A DNA stretch of 64,000 nt from a virus, in IMG/VR virus record IMGVR_UViG_3300029131_000181. One strand, written 5' to 3'. Below are positions 8,441-17,283 of the stretch, piece by piece. Both the position numbers and the translations under genes were made by a program. The notes under the pieces were generated by a model. That model saw only the letters and a list, made by a program, of their open reading frames with translations, searched no databases and was not told the DNA's origin. Positions within the stretch are counted from its first letter, which is position 1. Each line of letters begins with the position of its first letter.

Positions 8441-9106
8441 TTATGCTTTGCTCATTTTTGTCAGTCGCTTAGCAACTGACATGATGAGCCATTTCTGGGT
8501 TTTCTCCGAGAGTTGGCGGGGCTTGCATTCGATTTTCTTGCGAATCCCGCAGGTATTTTCGCCGTTGTAATATAGCAGAACTCCTATACCATCAGGAATC
8601 TCATCTTTGACTTTCTTGTATAGTGCTAACGGCATCGCATAGTAGTTACAGTGCCCCACAAAGTTGTGGCCATGGTCAGAGTGAAAGTCACTCACGGAAA
8701 CCTTAATTTCCACGCAGGTGACGACGGTGTCGATGGTGTATGTATGTTTCGTTTTGTACAGCCTGCAGAACCGTTCCGTACAAGGTTCGTTTCGAAAATT
8801 CCAGTCAGAGATATCTTTGGGGCATGATACCTCCTGCGTCCACTGCCGGACGGACGGCATAACTAAGTCTCTGTCCTCATCCCTGTACATTGAGAGTTTG
8901 CAGGTCCCACATTTTGTTTCTGATGTGAAGCACTCTTGAACCCGAACGAAGTCAACAAGGCCGGATTTTATCGAGCCACACTCGACAGGTACTTCCAGAG
9001 CGTCGAAGCCTTGACGGAACGAATCAACCCGGTATCCACCATAGTTGGCAGGATGCCAAACCTTTAGCGCTGATTCGATTTTTTGAGTCAGAAGAGTTTT
9101 TGCCAT
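8441..9106 (-). CDS. hypothetical protein, possible PD-(D/E)xK-fold nuclease
   Basis: Start refined to MAKTLL (ATG 9106). Candidate D...E-x-K arrangement (TIDTVVTCVEIKVS) and several Cys pairs. No confident family match. Confidence 0.45.
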   Translation of the reverse strand: MAKTLLTQKIESALKVWHPANYGGYRVDSFRQGFDALEVPVECGSIKSGLVDFVRVQECFTSETKCGTCKLSMYRDEDRDLVMPSVRQWTQEVSCPKDISDWNFRNEPCTERFCRLYKTKHTYTIDTVVTCVEIKVSVSDFHSDHGHNFVGHCNYYAMPLALYKKVKDEIPDGIGVLLYYNGENTCGIRKKIECKPRQLSEKTQKWLIMSVAKRLTKMSKA

Positions 9107-9120
9107 GGCTGCTCCAATCC

Positions 9121-9414
9121 TCATCGAATGATTTCGTGCGCAATAACGTCGGATTCCGTACAAAAGATATCGCTGTAATCGGCCTCATCATTGCCCGCAC
9201 AGACCTCATGCTGATATGGTGCCGTGCCCTTGCGTTCAATTTCAATGCGCCAGATACCGTTCGTATAGCGCACTACCAAAATCGTGTCATCATCCAAGAA
9301 CAGCCGGACTCCCTTGACATCGAAGCAACCAATTTCATCGACTCCATAGTTGGAATTTTCCAGGTAGACAAGGTCGTCACTGGACCCATAAATTTTGACC
9401 ACGTTGCACCTCAC
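9121..9414 (-). CDS. hypothetical protein
   Basis: 97 aa ORF in the co-directional array. Confidence 0.45.
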   Translation of the reverse strand: MRCNVVKIYGSSDDLVYLENSNYGVDEIGCFDVKGVRLFLDDDTILVVRYTNGIWRIEIERKGTAPYQHEVCAGNDEADYSDIFCTESDVIAHEIIR

Positions 9415-9686
9415 ACCGTTTTCTGTTCGCTGGTGACAATGCGCGGGATGAATAGAAATTCAGTTTTTCTTGTTTCAGCGTTGGTTCTCCGAATGACCGT
9501 GCCATCCCGAACGATTTTCACGCCATCCTTATTGATGACAGGCTTTTCTTTGCCGACGAAGTTCATCAGTTCCAGCTCTTCAACAGTGTAGTTATCCCGG
9601 TGCAGCCATTCCGTGAGCTCACCGTCATCGTCGAAAACCGGGACAGCCTCGCTCCCCAGCGTGCTCCTTGCTTCAAACTTATTCAT
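9411..9686 (-). CDS. hypothetical protein
   Basis: Start refined to MNKFEARS with AAGGAG RBS. The upstream extension is Cys/Lys-rich and not coding-like. Confidence 0.45.
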   Translation of the reverse strand: MNKFEARSTLGSEAVPVFDDDGELTEWLHRDNYTVEELELMNFVGKEKPVINKDGVKIVRDGTVIRRTNAETRKTEFLFIPRIVTSEQKTV

Positions 9687-9792
9687 AGTTTTTGTCTCCT
9701 TGCAACATTTTTTATGCGATTTATCGGAATTTTTGTGGCTATATCTTAGTTTTGCAACATCCATACAGCTGCAAAGACTCAAGTTGATGGCA

Positions 9793-10659
9793 TTACCCAG
9801 CTTTCTTGGTTTTCTTGGTTTCGGGCTTTACGATACCGCCGTTGGCATCGTAGACATTGTATGGGAAGTCACCGTTATTGACGCGCTTAGCAACGCGCTG
9901 CCCGGTGGCAGTCTTATAATACTGGTTCAGTCGGTTTGCAGTACGGAAAAAGGCAAACCTTGCATACTGTGTGCCGCGCTTGACACGGTTTTCGCGCAGC
10001 AGTTCGTCCCGCAGCGTGATAGCATAATGTTCGGCTTCATTGTTGGTGAACCCCGAATAGAACACGTCCATGAACTTCTCGATATAAATAGCGGGAACAT
10101 CGTTCATGGCAGCCACAATGATGGCCGCTGTTGTACCTGCGGAATTGAGTCCCGGCAGCGTAGCCTTCTTGATGCACTTGGTGGCGGATTCGATTTGCGT
10201 GCGGTATTTCATCAGCCATTCGCTCAAAGCTTCCTCGTGACTGAGGTTCGAGCCTGCGAACACGCGGCCGATGAGGTTTGCTGCGGAGAGAATCGTATTG
10301 TTCGTCCAGCTCATATCGTACTCGGACATCTGCACACGGTTCGCCATGGAGCGGATGTTTCCGGAATCGATGTGCTGAGACTTGGCGGCATTAAAGGTCA
10401 CGTTCATACGCACGGTCACACCGGACTCGACGATAGCGAGCAGCCGATGCTGTCCGTCAACCAGCGTGCCATCGGTGGCGATGGCAATACCCTGATGCGT
10501 AGTATCCCAATGTCCTTCTCTCATGTCCTTCGCCATCTTTTTGACTTTGGCGACGTTCACGTTCCGATTGTTATCGTTCCTCTCAAGCCATTTTGCTGCC
10601 TGTTCGGGCGAGATTTCGTAGCCATCCCGCGTTCTCTGATTGAAATTATAGCGTCCCAT
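9793..10659 (-). CDS. ParB/Srx-like N-terminal nuclease domain protein
   Basis: Motif LVDGQHRL (the ParB-N DGQHR box). About 288 aa. AAAGGAA RBS before ATG 10659. Confidence 0.75.
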   Translation of the reverse strand: MGRYNFNQRTRDGYEISPEQAAKWLERNDNNRNVNVAKVKKMAKDMREGHWDTTHQGIAIATDGTLVDGQHRLLAIVESGVTVRMNVTFNAAKSQHIDSGNIRSMANRVQMSEYDMSWTNNTILSAANLIGRVFAGSNLSHEEALSEWLMKYRTQIESATKCIKKATLPGLNSAGTTAAIIVAAMNDVPAIYIEKFMDVFYSGFTNNEAEHYAITLRDELLRENRVKRGTQYARFAFFRTANRLNQYYKTATGQRVAKRVNNGDFPYNVYDANGGIVKPETKKTKKAG

Positions 10660-10702
10660 TTGTGATTCCTTTCTGCCCAAGTAGGCGTGTGTTTGATATT
10701 TG

Positions 10703-11017
10703 TTATTGATATTCAGAAAAATTCCCTGATTTGTGATTATATTCGTGTTGGTCGAGTTGGCGTGGCTGCATCGAAACAGTGCGCAACGTTCTGAGTCTGT
10801 GCATAACGCCTCCTCTCACCAGCGGCGATAAGGTATCCCTGCCGCTGAGGTTATGAGTCCTAGCTCTGTCGTCTGAATCAGCCAGAATCGCCAGCAACTC
10901 ATCGAGGATGCCGATATAGTTGTCGTCATTGATATACTGGATGGTGTTAATCATGGCCGTTTTCAGTGCATTGATAGGTTCTCCGCGCATCGAGCCGGAA
11001 GTATCGACAACGAACAA
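10703..11017 (-). pseudogene. fragment of a vWA-domain gene (duplicate of part of 43690..45384)
   Basis: Translation MFVVDTSGSMRGEPINALKTAMINTIQYINDDNYIGI is near-identical to an internal segment of the 564 aa vWA protein. About 110 bp (roughly 10905-11015) is about 90% identical to roughly 44100-44212 at nucleotide level. No signal peptide, and the downstream sequence is unrelated. Confidence 0.55.
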
Positions 11018-11026
11018 AGCTATTTC

Positions 11027-11800
11027 TTAGTCTGTGCGGGTGTATCCGTGGTCAGCTAACCATTTATGTACTTCATTCGTGACGTCCAATGTATCGATGG
11101 AATAGCTGTTAACTCCCAGTTTGCCATTGGAAAGATTCATGCCGATATTATAAATGAGCTTGTGGCCTTTCATTTTGCCGATGGTCGTTGTGCTTCCTGC
11201 GGCGAATGTTTTGACTCCGACGCCGAGTTCCGAGTTATTCTCGTAGTCCAGCTCTTTGTAAGTAAAATTGTCTTGTACAAGAATCAGTTTTTTGAAAATC
11301 TGATGACTCTGCAAGATGCCATTATAAATGGAAAGGCAGTTTTGCCAATCGGCTTCAAAATCAATCCAGTTCCCGAATGTGGAAGCTGTCAATGGAGCAT
11401 TAGGACTCTGGTTGATAGCCGCTGCCTCTTGAAGCAGCAGTTTCTTAGGTGTTTTGTATTCCGCTACCGGATAGTTAATTTCGCCCTTGCACAGTATTTT
11501 CGCAAATGCTTTGACGGCAAGCTTACCAAAGATAACGCAGAAGCATCCGCAGAAACCAAAAAATGCGCCAAGCAGATAGAATACAAGTGTTGCTGTATGG
11601 ATGCTTTCGGGGTCGTATCTCTGCGCTGATGCCTCCGAAATAGCAAGGCCAATTGGAATCAGCAGCAAGATAATGCCGAAAATTATAAAGGCGATTCCCA
11701 TTGTTACCCACATCTGACCCGTACCTGCCGGGGTCGCATATTTCAGTGCTCTTTTCCGTTCTTTCTCAGACGGAATCATCTTATCCTTTTTGGCTGCCAT
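11027..11800 (-). CDS. membrane protein (2 TM), hypothetical
   Basis: 257 aa. Two hydrophobic helices near the N-terminus. AAGGAGG RBS. Confidence 0.55.
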   Translation of the reverse strand: MAAKKDKMIPSEKERKRALKYATPAGTGQMWVTMGIAFIIFGIILLLIPIGLAISEASAQRYDPESIHTATLVFYLLGAFFGFCGCFCVIFGKLAVKAFAKILCKGEINYPVAEYKTPKKLLLQEAAAINQSPNAPLTASTFGNWIDFEADWQNCLSIYNGILQSHQIFKKLILVQDNFTYKELDYENNSELGVGVKTFAAGSTTTIGKMKGHKLIYNIGMNLSNGKLGVNSYSIDTLDVTNEVHKWLADHGYTRTD

Positions 11801-11847
11801 GATTTCCTCCTCCTTTTAATCGTGAAATCTGTTGTTGATTTTCTGAA

Positions 11848-14568
11848 TCAGCCAAAGCTGAGCTGCTCTGAGTCAGTTGAAAAGAAAGCTGCCTTTTTCT
11901 TTGCCTGCTCTTTTGCACTCTTACTCATCGGTTTCTTCGTGCCGTCCAGATGATGCTTGCTCTTGTACGAATACCCTTTCCAGGCAGCCTGATAGGAAAG
12001 GTAGCCATATCCGTTAGCGTTGTCCAGGACCTTATCGGTAGCCGTCTCGACCACAACATAACGGGGCTGGTTGGGCTTTGAGAGCTCATCGCTTTTCACG
12101 ACACGGTAGCTCTTTTTCTCATCTACACCGTACTTGGAGAACGGCAATGCGGATTCCTTTTGGGGTTTGGCTTTTGCCTTGGTATTTTCGGTATTTCCTT
12201 CGACGGAATCCACCAGTTCAGAGTCAAAGAACGCCTCATCAAGCGGTACATTGGAGCTGTTCTGCTTCTTTGCTTCTTCGATTTTCTGATACATGGCATC
12301 TTCGACACGGCGCATCTTCCAGACCTTGATGAGGACCTTTTCCGGGAACGTGATGGTCAGTCCCTTTTCCGCCAGCATCTTTCGGACAGCAGGCGTAGCG
12401 AAAGACTTGTATTTTGCATACGGTCCTTCTTTGTGCTGCTCGATTTCATGGCTTACCTGAGTCATGTATTCCTCAAACGCCTTGTTCTGGTCGAGCCAGA
12501 AATCGACTTCGGAATAAGGAGAATCATGGTCCACGGTTTTTTGAAGTTCGCAACTCTTCGCATAAGCAAGACAAGCGTCTTTCACATCGGCAAAACCAAG
12601 CCCAAAATTATCGTTCAGAGTGTTTCGGCGTGCTCCATCCATCACGAAATAACGGCTTCCTTGCTTGATGATGGCGATACCATCTCCGGAAGTGATAGTG
12701 GTGGACTCTTCCGCATATCCGTCGTCAGTCCAGCGGTCGATAATCGATGCCGTATCCTGTACAAAGCCTTTTCGGCAGGTGTAATAATCCGCGCCGTTGT
12801 AAGCTCGTTTCGTGATGCACTTGAGGATTGCGTCAATCAGAGCGTCCTTATCCTTGATTTTTACGCTGTACATCAGGTTACTTTTCACGTTCCAGACAAC
12901 GCCATATGGAAGTCCCAGCGCAATCATAGAACACGCACACTGCAGAAAATGCTTGTGTGCCAGACTGCTGATGAACTTGATGCAGTAGACGGTGTTGTTC
13001 TTTACGACATCCGCAAGGCCCGAGGCATAAATCACTTTATGGTCATTAGTATGGATGTCGATATCTCCGCGTGCCTGAACATACTCATCGGGAGTGAACA
13101 CGGTGCCAAGCCGCATACTGAGCGACATTTTGGCTTTTGCGCTCACAAAAGGAGGCTTGACCTGTTTTACATACCGGCACTGATTCGTTTCAAGCGCCGT
13201 GAGCAGCAGAACCTTATCCTCGACCGTTGCGCCTTTCTTGATTTTCAAATACTGCATGTCCTTGTGTAGGTCCATGTAATAAGCGAGTGCGTCATCGATA
13301 TCATAGGAATTAAAGAAGCCTGCCTGCATGTAGATACTGATACAGGGGGACAAATCAATCATGGCATCCGCTGCCTGCACATCGATGGTCGTATTGTCGT
13401 TGTGCTCAATCGGTGTGACTTCCAGCAGCTTATAGCAAGCATCAACATCTTCGATGAATTTGTGGTCGAACATCTCGGAGAACGAAAACGGATGCCGGAA
13501 CACGCAATTCATTCCAGTCGGAGTCATCAGGGATTTATCGCTCAACGGATGGTCATAGTTCACGAAGATAATCCGCTGCTTTCCTCGGCTTGCTGCGACA
13601 CAAAACAGATTCCGAAGAATCTCATATCGTGACATCGGCTTGCTTGTGCGGGACGACCAGTATTCTTCAGTGAAATCGAACACGACACAGATAGGGCGCT
13701 CCATACCTTTACTGCCGTCAAATGTTGTGAAGATACCAACATCTGAGGAAGGTGCTACCGCCTTATCCCCGTCATTGTCCGCGATACTTGCATAGACGTG
13801 ATGCTTGTCATAGAGGTTTCCGGGGCGATTTTCCAGGTCATTGAGCACCTTTGTCATAGCTCCGATTCGAGCGCCCAGACACAAAACATCTTTCGGATTT
13901 TGTTTATTCAGAAACTCCGTCACCTCATCGACTGACATCTGTTCCACGATGCAGGAACCATTTACGCCGTTGATGGTCTTGCCCCAGATATTGCCGAGTC
14001 GTTCTGCCAAGTCATGAGAAATACGGAAGCATTTCGTGAAAACCACCTGTTCATGGCGGCCGAGAAAATCCTGCATGAACTCCCAGACATCCAGCGCTGT
14101 ATCATCGTAGATTTTCTGCTTCATATCGCCCACTGCGACGATTTGAAGGCCCGGATTCTGAGAACGGATATATTTGAGCAGTTCTGCAATCTCGTCATTG
14201 ATATCCTGATACTCGTCAATGATAAGAGTATCAATTGGCGGAATCGGAATTTTCTTTTCCAATACCATGGCAAGCTGTTCACCCTGCCCGCAATTCCGGA
14301 TTCCCTTTTTGTTCAGCAGCAGGCTTGCAAATCCATGATAGTTCTGAACCAAGACATTATGATTTTTGATTTTGTCTTTGGCGTCAAGTTTGAGTAATCG
14401 GTTATAGGTCAAGTACAGGATACGCCGTTCTGGAGGGTACGCATCACAGAGCACGTTGATGGTCGATGTTTTTCCGCTGCCAATGCAGGCATCACATAAT
14501 ACGTTTTTGCCCGACAATGCCAAATGTACGAATTCCTGTTGTTCGCTTGACAAGTTGTTCAGTGTCAT
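11848..14568 (-). CDS. UvrD/Rep-like SF1 helicase with C-terminal RecB-like PD-(D/E)xK nuclease domain
   Basis: Walker A ACIGSGKTST. UvrD-like N-terminal layout. C-terminal GDIDIHTNDHKV...CIKF...QCACSMIALG fits RecB/Cas4-like nuclease motifs II, III and QxxxY. Start moved to ATG 14568 (the listed M at 14574 is a TTG). Confidence 0.75.
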   Translation of the reverse strand: MTLNNLSSEQQEFVHLALSGKNVLCDACIGSGKTSTINVLCDAYPPERRILYLTYNRLLKLDAKDKIKNHNVLVQNYHGFASLLLNKKGIRNCGQGEQLAMVLEKKIPIPPIDTLIIDEYQDINDEIAELLKYIRSQNPGLQIVAVGDMKQKIYDDTALDVWEFMQDFLGRHEQVVFTKCFRISHDLAERLGNIWGKTINGVNGSCIVEQMSVDEVTEFLNKQNPKDVLCLGARIGAMTKVLNDLENRPGNLYDKHHVYASIADNDGDKAVAPSSDVGIFTTFDGSKGMERPICVVFDFTEEYWSSRTSKPMSRYEILRNLFCVAASRGKQRIIFVNYDHPLSDKSLMTPTGMNCVFRHPFSFSEMFDHKFIEDVDACYKLLEVTPIEHNDNTTIDVQAADAMIDLSPCISIYMQAGFFNSYDIDDALAYYMDLHKDMQYLKIKKGATVEDKVLLLTALETNQCRYVKQVKPPFVSAKAKMSLSMRLGTVFTPDEYVQARGDIDIHTNDHKVIYASGLADVVKNNTVYCIKFISSLAHKHFLQCACSMIALGLPYGVVWNVKSNLMYSVKIKDKDALIDAILKCITKRAYNGADYYTCRKGFVQDTASIIDRWTDDGYAEESTTITSGDGIAIIKQGSRYFVMDGARRNTLNDNFGLGFADVKDACLAYAKSCELQKTVDHDSPYSEVDFWLDQNKAFEEYMTQVSHEIEQHKEGPYAKYKSFATPAVRKMLAEKGLTITFPEKVLIKVWKMRRVEDAMYQKIEEAKKQNSSNVPLDEAFFDSELVDSVEGNTENTKAKAKPQKESALPFSKYGVDEKKSYRVVKSDELSKPNQPRYVVVETATDKVLDNANGYGYLSYQAAWKGYSYKSKHHLDGTKKPMSKSAKEQAKKKAAFFSTDSEQLSFG

Positions 14569-14574
14569 AGCCAA

Positions 14575-14735
14575 ATTCGGACTTCCAACTTTTCACGGGT
14601 TGCCCCGTTACTCAGTATGGATTTCTGCTTCATAGAGCGAGCTTACCGCAAGCCGCAGCTCTTGATAGAGGCTCGCTCTCCACAGACTTTAAGATTCGGT
14701 CGTCCTGACCGTACTGTTCGCCTGTGGTTATGAGG
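14575..14735 (-). ncRNA. candidate TnpB ωRNA / right-end element
   Basis: The region overlapping the tnpB 3' end contains GCTGGC-gta-GCCAGC and GAGCGAGC...GCTCGCTC hairpins. The position matches where TnpB ωRNAs are encoded. Confidence 0.3.
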
Positions 14736-15837
14736 CGGCTGGCGTAGCCAGCATGTCCATTCCTTTCTTTAGAATGTTTTCTGCTGCATTTTTATCCCTA
14801 TCGTGTGATGTGTTACATTTCGGACAGACCCAATGCCGAACATTGAGGTTTTTTACCTCTTTGTTTTGGTAGCCGCAGCAAGAGCAGGTCTGGCTGCTTG
14901 GATAGAAGGTTGGTATTTTTACAACTACTCTTCCTGCCCAACTGGATTTATAATCAAGTTGTCGGAAGAACTCTCCCCAAGAAACATCGGAAATACTTTT
15001 AGCAAGGTTATGATTGCGAACCATACCATTTACATTGAGGTCTTCTACACAGATGATTTGGTTTTCTTTCACCAGTGTAGATGACAACTTGTGTAGGGCA
15101 TCTTTTCGCTTATTGGTCACTTTTTCGTGGCAGCAAGCCACCTTGATACGTTGCTTCTCCCAGTTGGCAGAACCTTTCTTTTTGCGTGACAGCTTTTTCT
15201 GCTCACGCTTTAGTTTAGCTTCCGCTTTCTGAAGATATTTATTGTTTGGATATTCTTTTCCATTGCTGTCAACAGCAAAAGATTTGATGCCAACATCTAA
15301 ACCGATGACGGTATCTTTAACCGGAAGCGGCATTACTTCTACTTTGCAAAGAATACTTACATAGTATTTGCCGCTTGCTGAGCGACGGATTGTTGCCTTA
15401 CAGATGCGTCCCTCAATGTTGCGACTCTTACGATAACGCATCTTCCCAAGTGTCGGAAGCTGAATGTACTTATCGTCAACTTTAATGCTTTTTGCTTTTG
15501 TAGTTGTATAGCTTTCTTCTCCCCGTTTTCGTTTGAATTGGGGGAACCCTTTACCGTCTTCGAAAAAGCCTTTATAGGCATTATTTAACTGACGACAGCT
15601 ATATTTGAGTGCTTGACTATCTACTTCAGCAAGCCAAGGAAGATAAGTTTTCATCTGAGGAAGCAGATTTTGTGTATCAATATAGCTCATACTTTCACCG
15701 CGCCGTTGATAAGCTTTTATACGCCTATCTAGCATAGAGTTATATACAAAACGGCAGCAGCCGAGCGTTTTATTGATTTTGACTTTCTGTTCTTCTGTTG
15801 GCTCTAGCCGAAATTTATAGCCTTTATGTACTTTCAA
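14728..15837 (-). CDS. tnpB: TnpB (OMEGA RNA-guided endonuclease, IS605 OrfB)
   Basis: Ruv[11 protein letters not shown], Ruv[10 protein letters not shown], zinc finger CSCCGYQN...[18 protein letters not shown] (RuvC-III). TTG start with AAAGGAGG RBS. Confidence 0.9.
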   Translation of the reverse strand: MKVHKGYKFRLEPTEEQKVKINKTLGCCRFVYNSMLDRRIKAYQRRGESMSYIDTQNLLPQMKTYLPWLAEVDSQALKYSCRQLNNAYKGFFEDGKGFPQFKRKRGEESYTTTKAKSIKVDDKYIQLPTLGKMRYRKSRNIEGRICKATIRRSASGKYYVSILCKVEVMPLPVKDTVIGLDVGIKSFAVDSNGKEYPNNKYLQKAEAKLKREQKKLSRKKKGSANWEKQRIKVACCHEKVTNKRKDALHKLSSTLVKENQIICVEDLNVNGMVRNHNLAKSISDVSWGEFFRQLDYKSSWAGRVVVKIPTFYPSSQTCSCCGYQNKEVKNLNVRHWVCPKCNTSHDRDKNAAENILKKGMDMLATPAAS

Positions 15838-15921
15838 AGTGGCTCACCTCCTTTATGGACTTTTGTGCTCATGAGTTATTCAGACCCCCCGGAAAAAGTT
15901 GAATAGCCCCAAATTCTCCTT

Positions 15922-15968
15922 AACAAACAAAATGCCCCGGCAGCATCCAATTCAGAAGCCGCCAGGGC
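15922..15968 (-). terminator. leader terminator between promoter P15 and the original helicase RBS (now followed by the tnpB element)
   Basis: GCCCCGGCAGC...GCCGCCAGGGC imperfect hairpin plus U-run, then an orphaned AAGGAGAA RBS. Confidence 0.4.
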
Positions 15969-15991
15969 ACAATTCTTATCTTATTAGGGTT

Positions 15992-16019
15992 ATTATATCT
16001 GATTCGCACAGATGTGCAA
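15992..16019 (-). promoter_or_regulatory. promoter P15 with conserved spacer element
   Basis: Minus strand reads TTGCAC-atctgtgcgaatcaga-TATAAT. Confidence 0.5.
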
Positions 16020-16078
16020 GCTTTATTTTACTATGTTTCATCTTGCTTCTGGGCAAAAAAAGAACGCCCACCAGCAAT

Positions 16079-16549
16079 TTACAGCTTCCAAATCTCGACA
16101 TTTACATTCCAGGCTTTAGCCGCATCGCTGATGATGTCCAGAACCGTGTTCCAATCGCCTCCGGCAAGGCCGCAGCCTAAACCATATGGCAGCCGGATAG
16201 TTACGTCCTGATTATTTCGAGCGCAGTCTCTAAAAAACGAGAACAGCGCAGTCGCCAATGCAGCATAATTCGTCTGTCTTTCACCACGGCCATAGCCATT
16301 TTGGCCGAACAGGTTCACGATGTACAGCTTCGGTTCTACCAGAACCTCCTGGTAAGTACCGAGCTTGTTGCCGTTGTTTCCATAGCAAAACTCCAGATAG
16401 CGCTGATATACCACCGGCCATTGGATGCAAATTTGCATGGCAAGTCCAGCTCCCATCACGCCTTTGCAATTTACTTGCTGGCAAATGTAAGTTGGCTTAC
16501 TCGCAGAAAGTCGTGAAAAAATATTGCCATCAACAAAATTTATGCTCAT
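16079..16549 (-). CDS. macro-domain protein (ADP-ribose binding/processing)
   Basis: ICQQVNCKGVMGAGLA and YGLGCGLAGGDW fit the macrodomain glycine-rich ADP-ribose-binding loops. Start refined to MSINF with AAGGTGG RBS. Stop/start overlap with the upstream lipoprotein gene. Confidence 0.7.
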   Translation of the reverse strand: MSINFVDGNIFSRLSASKPTYICQQVNCKGVMGAGLAMQICIQWPVVYQRYLEFCYGNNGNKLGTYQEVLVEPKLYIVNLFGQNGYGRGERQTNYAALATALFSFFRDCARNNQDVTIRLPYGLGCGLAGGDWNTVLDIISDAAKAWNVNVEIWKL

Positions 16550-16550
16550 C

Positions 16551-16958
16551 TCACTTACCACCTTTTCCAAATTTCGAGGCATTTCCCGGATAAATCGCAT
16601 AGCCCGTGCGATAATCAACGCTATCGTCTCGGTATACGAGCTCTACATTCGACATGCTGGTATAAAAGACTTTATCACGATAACGGCTATCGTTGATTTC
16701 AAACTTGATGTTTTGCCCGTTGTCCACGATTTCGTAGCTTACAAGAGCAGATACAGTCCAGATGTTATCATAGCGAAAATGAATGTAATTGTATTCCGGT
16801 TCCGTATCAGCGCTTTCCGGTGTAGCCAGCATCTGACTCGGAATGTCTTCGAGTTCAGACATTGTGGTACTTGTCACAGTGCTGATTGCGTCCTCACAGC
16901 CAGCCAAAGGTAGAGCCAGGCAGCACAGCACCAAAGCAGTTCCAATAAATTTTTTCAT
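16551..16958 (-). CDS. lipoprotein
   Basis: Signal peptide plus lipobox LPLAGC. GGAGAAA RBS. Confidence 0.65.
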   Translation of the reverse strand: MKKFIGTALVLCCLALPLAGCEDAISTVTSTTMSELEDIPSQMLATPESADTEPEYNYIHFRYDNIWTVSALVSYEIVDNGQNIKFEINDSRYRDKVFYTSMSNVELVYRDDSVDYRTGYAIYPGNASKFGKGGK

Positions 16959-16981
16959 AGTTATTTCTCCGTCTGATTTTT

Positions 16982-17012
16982 ATTGTACGCAGTTCGCACA
17001 AAAGAAAAAGCT
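16982..17012 (-). promoter_or_regulatory. promoter P4 with conserved spacer element
   Basis: Minus strand reads ...ttttgtgcgaactgcg-TACAAT. The -35 is weak. Confidence 0.4.
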
Positions 17013-17283
17013 ACCCAACAGCCATAAGGCCACTGAGCAGCTTAGTGTGAATTCTATTGTGTGCATAGTATCTTTCGTACAAATTCGATGGTATGAGATT
17101 CGCACGCCGGGTCAAGACACATCGGCAGCTACGCATCCTGGCACCTACGGTTCCAACGGCAAAAAGCGCAGCTACGCAACAAATAAGCAAAAAGAAAAAG
17201 CCGCCCACCCGGTCAGGGGTGAACGGCAGGAAACGCTATCTATGTAAAAAAACGACTGAGTTCGTCAGAGGTCTTGTAATCTA

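Larger units (their letters stand above)
14571..15908 (-). mobile_element. IS200/IS605-family tnpB-only insertion sequence (IS1341-like), 1338 bp
   Basis: Bounded by identical GAATTTGG octamers on the element strand (plus coords 14571-14578 and 15909-15916). Removing the element would rebuild a canonical AAGGAG-N9-ATG arrangement for the helicase gene. Confidence 0.5.
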
